From NCBI GenBank assembly GCA_977020255.1, contig CDROCS010006357.1, positions 1 to 64,000 of the forward strand: DNA of 64,000 bases, written 5' to 3'. Numbering within the stretch: the first letter of the stretch is position 1; each line of letters starts with the position of its first letter. Under the pieces are notes generated by a model. That model did not search any database. It was not told where the DNA came from and worked only from the letters and a program-made list of their open reading frames with translations. Both the position numbers and the translations under genes were made by a program. Origin of the DNA: Obrimoposthia wandeli (taxonomy: Eukaryota). Below, piece by piece: positions 62,271-64,000 of the stretch.

Positions 62271-64000
62271 CTATTCGCCTTTTTTCAGCATACCGTGCTT
62301 TTTCAAGTAAACCAGCAGCAAGGAGATTGCAGCAGGGGTAATACCTGAAATACGAGAAGCCATACCAATTGTTTCTGGTTTTGCATCGTTTAATTTTGCA
62401 ATGACTTCATTTGATAAGCCTTTTACGATGCTGTATTCCAACTCTAAGGGTAGCTTTGTTGTTTCATGACGCAGTGATTTTTCAACTTCGTCTTTCTGGC
62501 GATCAATATAACCTTGATATTTGACCTGAGTTTCAACTTGAGCACTTGCTTGTGTATCAATATGCGCAGGTGAAAAGTCTTCAAGTTGCGTTAATAATTT
62601 ATACGTTATTTCAGGGCGACGTAAAAGATCTTCGCCATTGGCTTCTCGTGTGATCGGCGTTTTAAGGATCTTATTAATTTCGTCAACATGATCCGAGTTT
62701 GGGTTGATCCAAATATCTTTTAAACGCTGACGCTCTTGTTCGATATTCTCAACTTTTTGATTGAGTCGAGCCCAACGATCATCATCGACTAAACCAAATT
62801 CACGACCGATTTCAGTTAAACGTAAATCAGCATTGTCTTCACGCAGCAACAAACGGTATTCCGCGCGAGACGTAAACATACGGTACGGTTCTTTGGTACC
62901 CATGGTAGACAAGTCATCTATCAATACGCCCATGTAGGCTTGATCACGACGAGGGCTCCAGCCTTCTTTGCCTTGCGACTGAAGGGCTGCATTCATGCCT
63001 GCGAGTAAGCCTTGTGCAGCAGCTTCTTCGTAGCCTGTAGTACCGTTTATTTGACCAGCAAAGAATAAACCGTCGATAAATTTGGTTTCAAATGTTTGTT
63101 TTAAATCACGAGGATCAAAGAAATCATATTCAATCGCATAACCAGGCCGCATGATGGTCGCATTTTCAAAACCATCCATTGAACGCACAATTTGCATCTG
63201 GACATCAAACGGTAAACTGGTTGAAATACCGTTTGGATATAATTCGTGAGTTGTTAACCCTTCCGGTTCAATGAAGATTTGGTGACTATTTTTGTCAGCA
63301 AAACGCATGACTTTATCTTCAATTGACGGACAGTAACGCGGACCAATACCTTCAATCACGCCAGAGTACATTGGGCTGCGATCTAGATTGTTGCGAATAA
63401 TGTCGTGCGTTTTTTCGTTTGTATAGGTGATATAACACGGGATCTGACGTGGATGATCCGATGTTTTACCCATAAACGAAAAAGTCGGAATTGGGTTATC
63501 GCCATGTTGCGTTTGGAGACGACTAAAATCGACCGTGCGCGCATCGATGCGTGGTGGCGTCCCCGTTTTCAAACGATCAACACGGAAAGGTAATTCACGC
63601 AGACGTGATGCTAGTGCGATCGACGGTGGATCACCGGCACGACCGCCGCTGTAATTTTCTAATCCAATGTGGATCTTACCGCCCAAGAATGTACCAACCG
63701 TTAATACAACCGATGTTGCACGAAATTTTAAACCCATTTCCGTAACGACACCGATGACACGATCGTTCTCAACGATCAAATCATCAACACCTTGTTGAAA
63801 AAGCATTAAATTGGGTTGATTTTCAAGTGTTTCACGCACTGCCGCTTTGTAAAGTGCACGGTCTGCTTGTGCACGAGTAGCACGAACAGCTGGACCTTTT
63901 GACGAATTTAGCGTTCTAAATTGGATCCCGCCTTTGTCAGTGGCTTTTGCCATCACGCCGCCAAGGGCATCCACTTCTTTAACCAGGTGTCCTTTCCCGA
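62271..64000 (-). CDS. mnmG: tRNA uridine-5-carboxymethylaminomethyl modification enzyme (GidA), 5' end beyond window
   Basis: [17 protein letters not shown] and [12 protein letters not shown] motifs. Confidence 0.98.
   Translation of the reverse strand, partial: GKGHLVKEVDALGGVMAKATDKGGIQFRTLNSSKGPAVRATRAQADRALYKAAVRETLENQPNLMLFQQGVDDLIVENDRVIGVVTEMGLKFRATSVVLTVGTFLGGKIHIGLENYSGGRAGDPPSIALASRLRELPFRVDRLKTGTPPRIDARTVDFSRLQTQHGDNPIPTFSFMGKTSDHPRQIPCYITYTNEKTHDIIRNNLDRSPMYSGVIEGIGPRYCPSIEDKVMRFADKNSHQIFIEPEGLTTHELYPNGISTSLPFDVQMQIVRSMDGFENATIMRPGYAIEYDFFDPRDLKQTFETKFIDGLFFAGQINGTTGYEEAAAQGLLAGMNAALQSQGKEGWSPRRDQAYMGVLIDDLSTMGTKEPYRMFTSRAEYRLLLREDNADLRLTEIGREFGLVDDDRWARLNQKVENIEQERQRLKDIWINPNSDHVDEINKILKTPITREANGEDLLRRPEITYKLLTQLEDFSPAHIDTQASAQVETQVKYQGYIDRQKDEVEKSLRHETTKLPLELEYSIVKGLSNEVIAKLNDAKPETIGMASRISGITPAAISLLLVYLKKHGMLKKGE

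Overview
Origin-proximal segment of chromosome I of a Vibrionaceae bacterium. The 16S V1 sequence and gene order fit Photobacterium best; this is an inference and no database search was run. Bases 1-17.85 kb hold a head-to-tail array of at least four rRNA operons on the minus strand: three complete 16S-23S-5S units plus a partial fourth 16S at the left edge. Each internal operon has its own promoter and is preceded by the terminator of the upstream operon. The rRNA part is visibly noisy, with indels, shredded tRNA remnants in the spacers and short patches resembling other taxa, which points to a consensus/polishing artefact. The protein-coding part (17.9-64 kb) reads cleanly and is mostly conserved housekeeping: yrdA-yrdB-aroE-hemF-tsaC-purE-yrdD-smg-dprA-lysM / def-fmt-rsmB-trkA-trkH, hemolysin III, Spo0M-like, FadR/GntR, yihD, ccoG, srkA-dsbA, DUF523, comM, ilvL-GMEDA, two paralogous XRE regulators, glmS-glmR-glmU, atpIBEFHAGDC, parB-parA-rsmG-mnmG. 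No CRISPR array, integrase or transposase was seen. Best candidates for uncharacterised biology are: a tandem pair of orphan XRE repressor paralogs with near-identical recognition helices and several operator-like palindromes next to the glmS attTn7 site; an orphan small ORF with its own terminator; a purE without adjacent purK; a perfect palindrome over the atp promoter; and the rRNA array itself.
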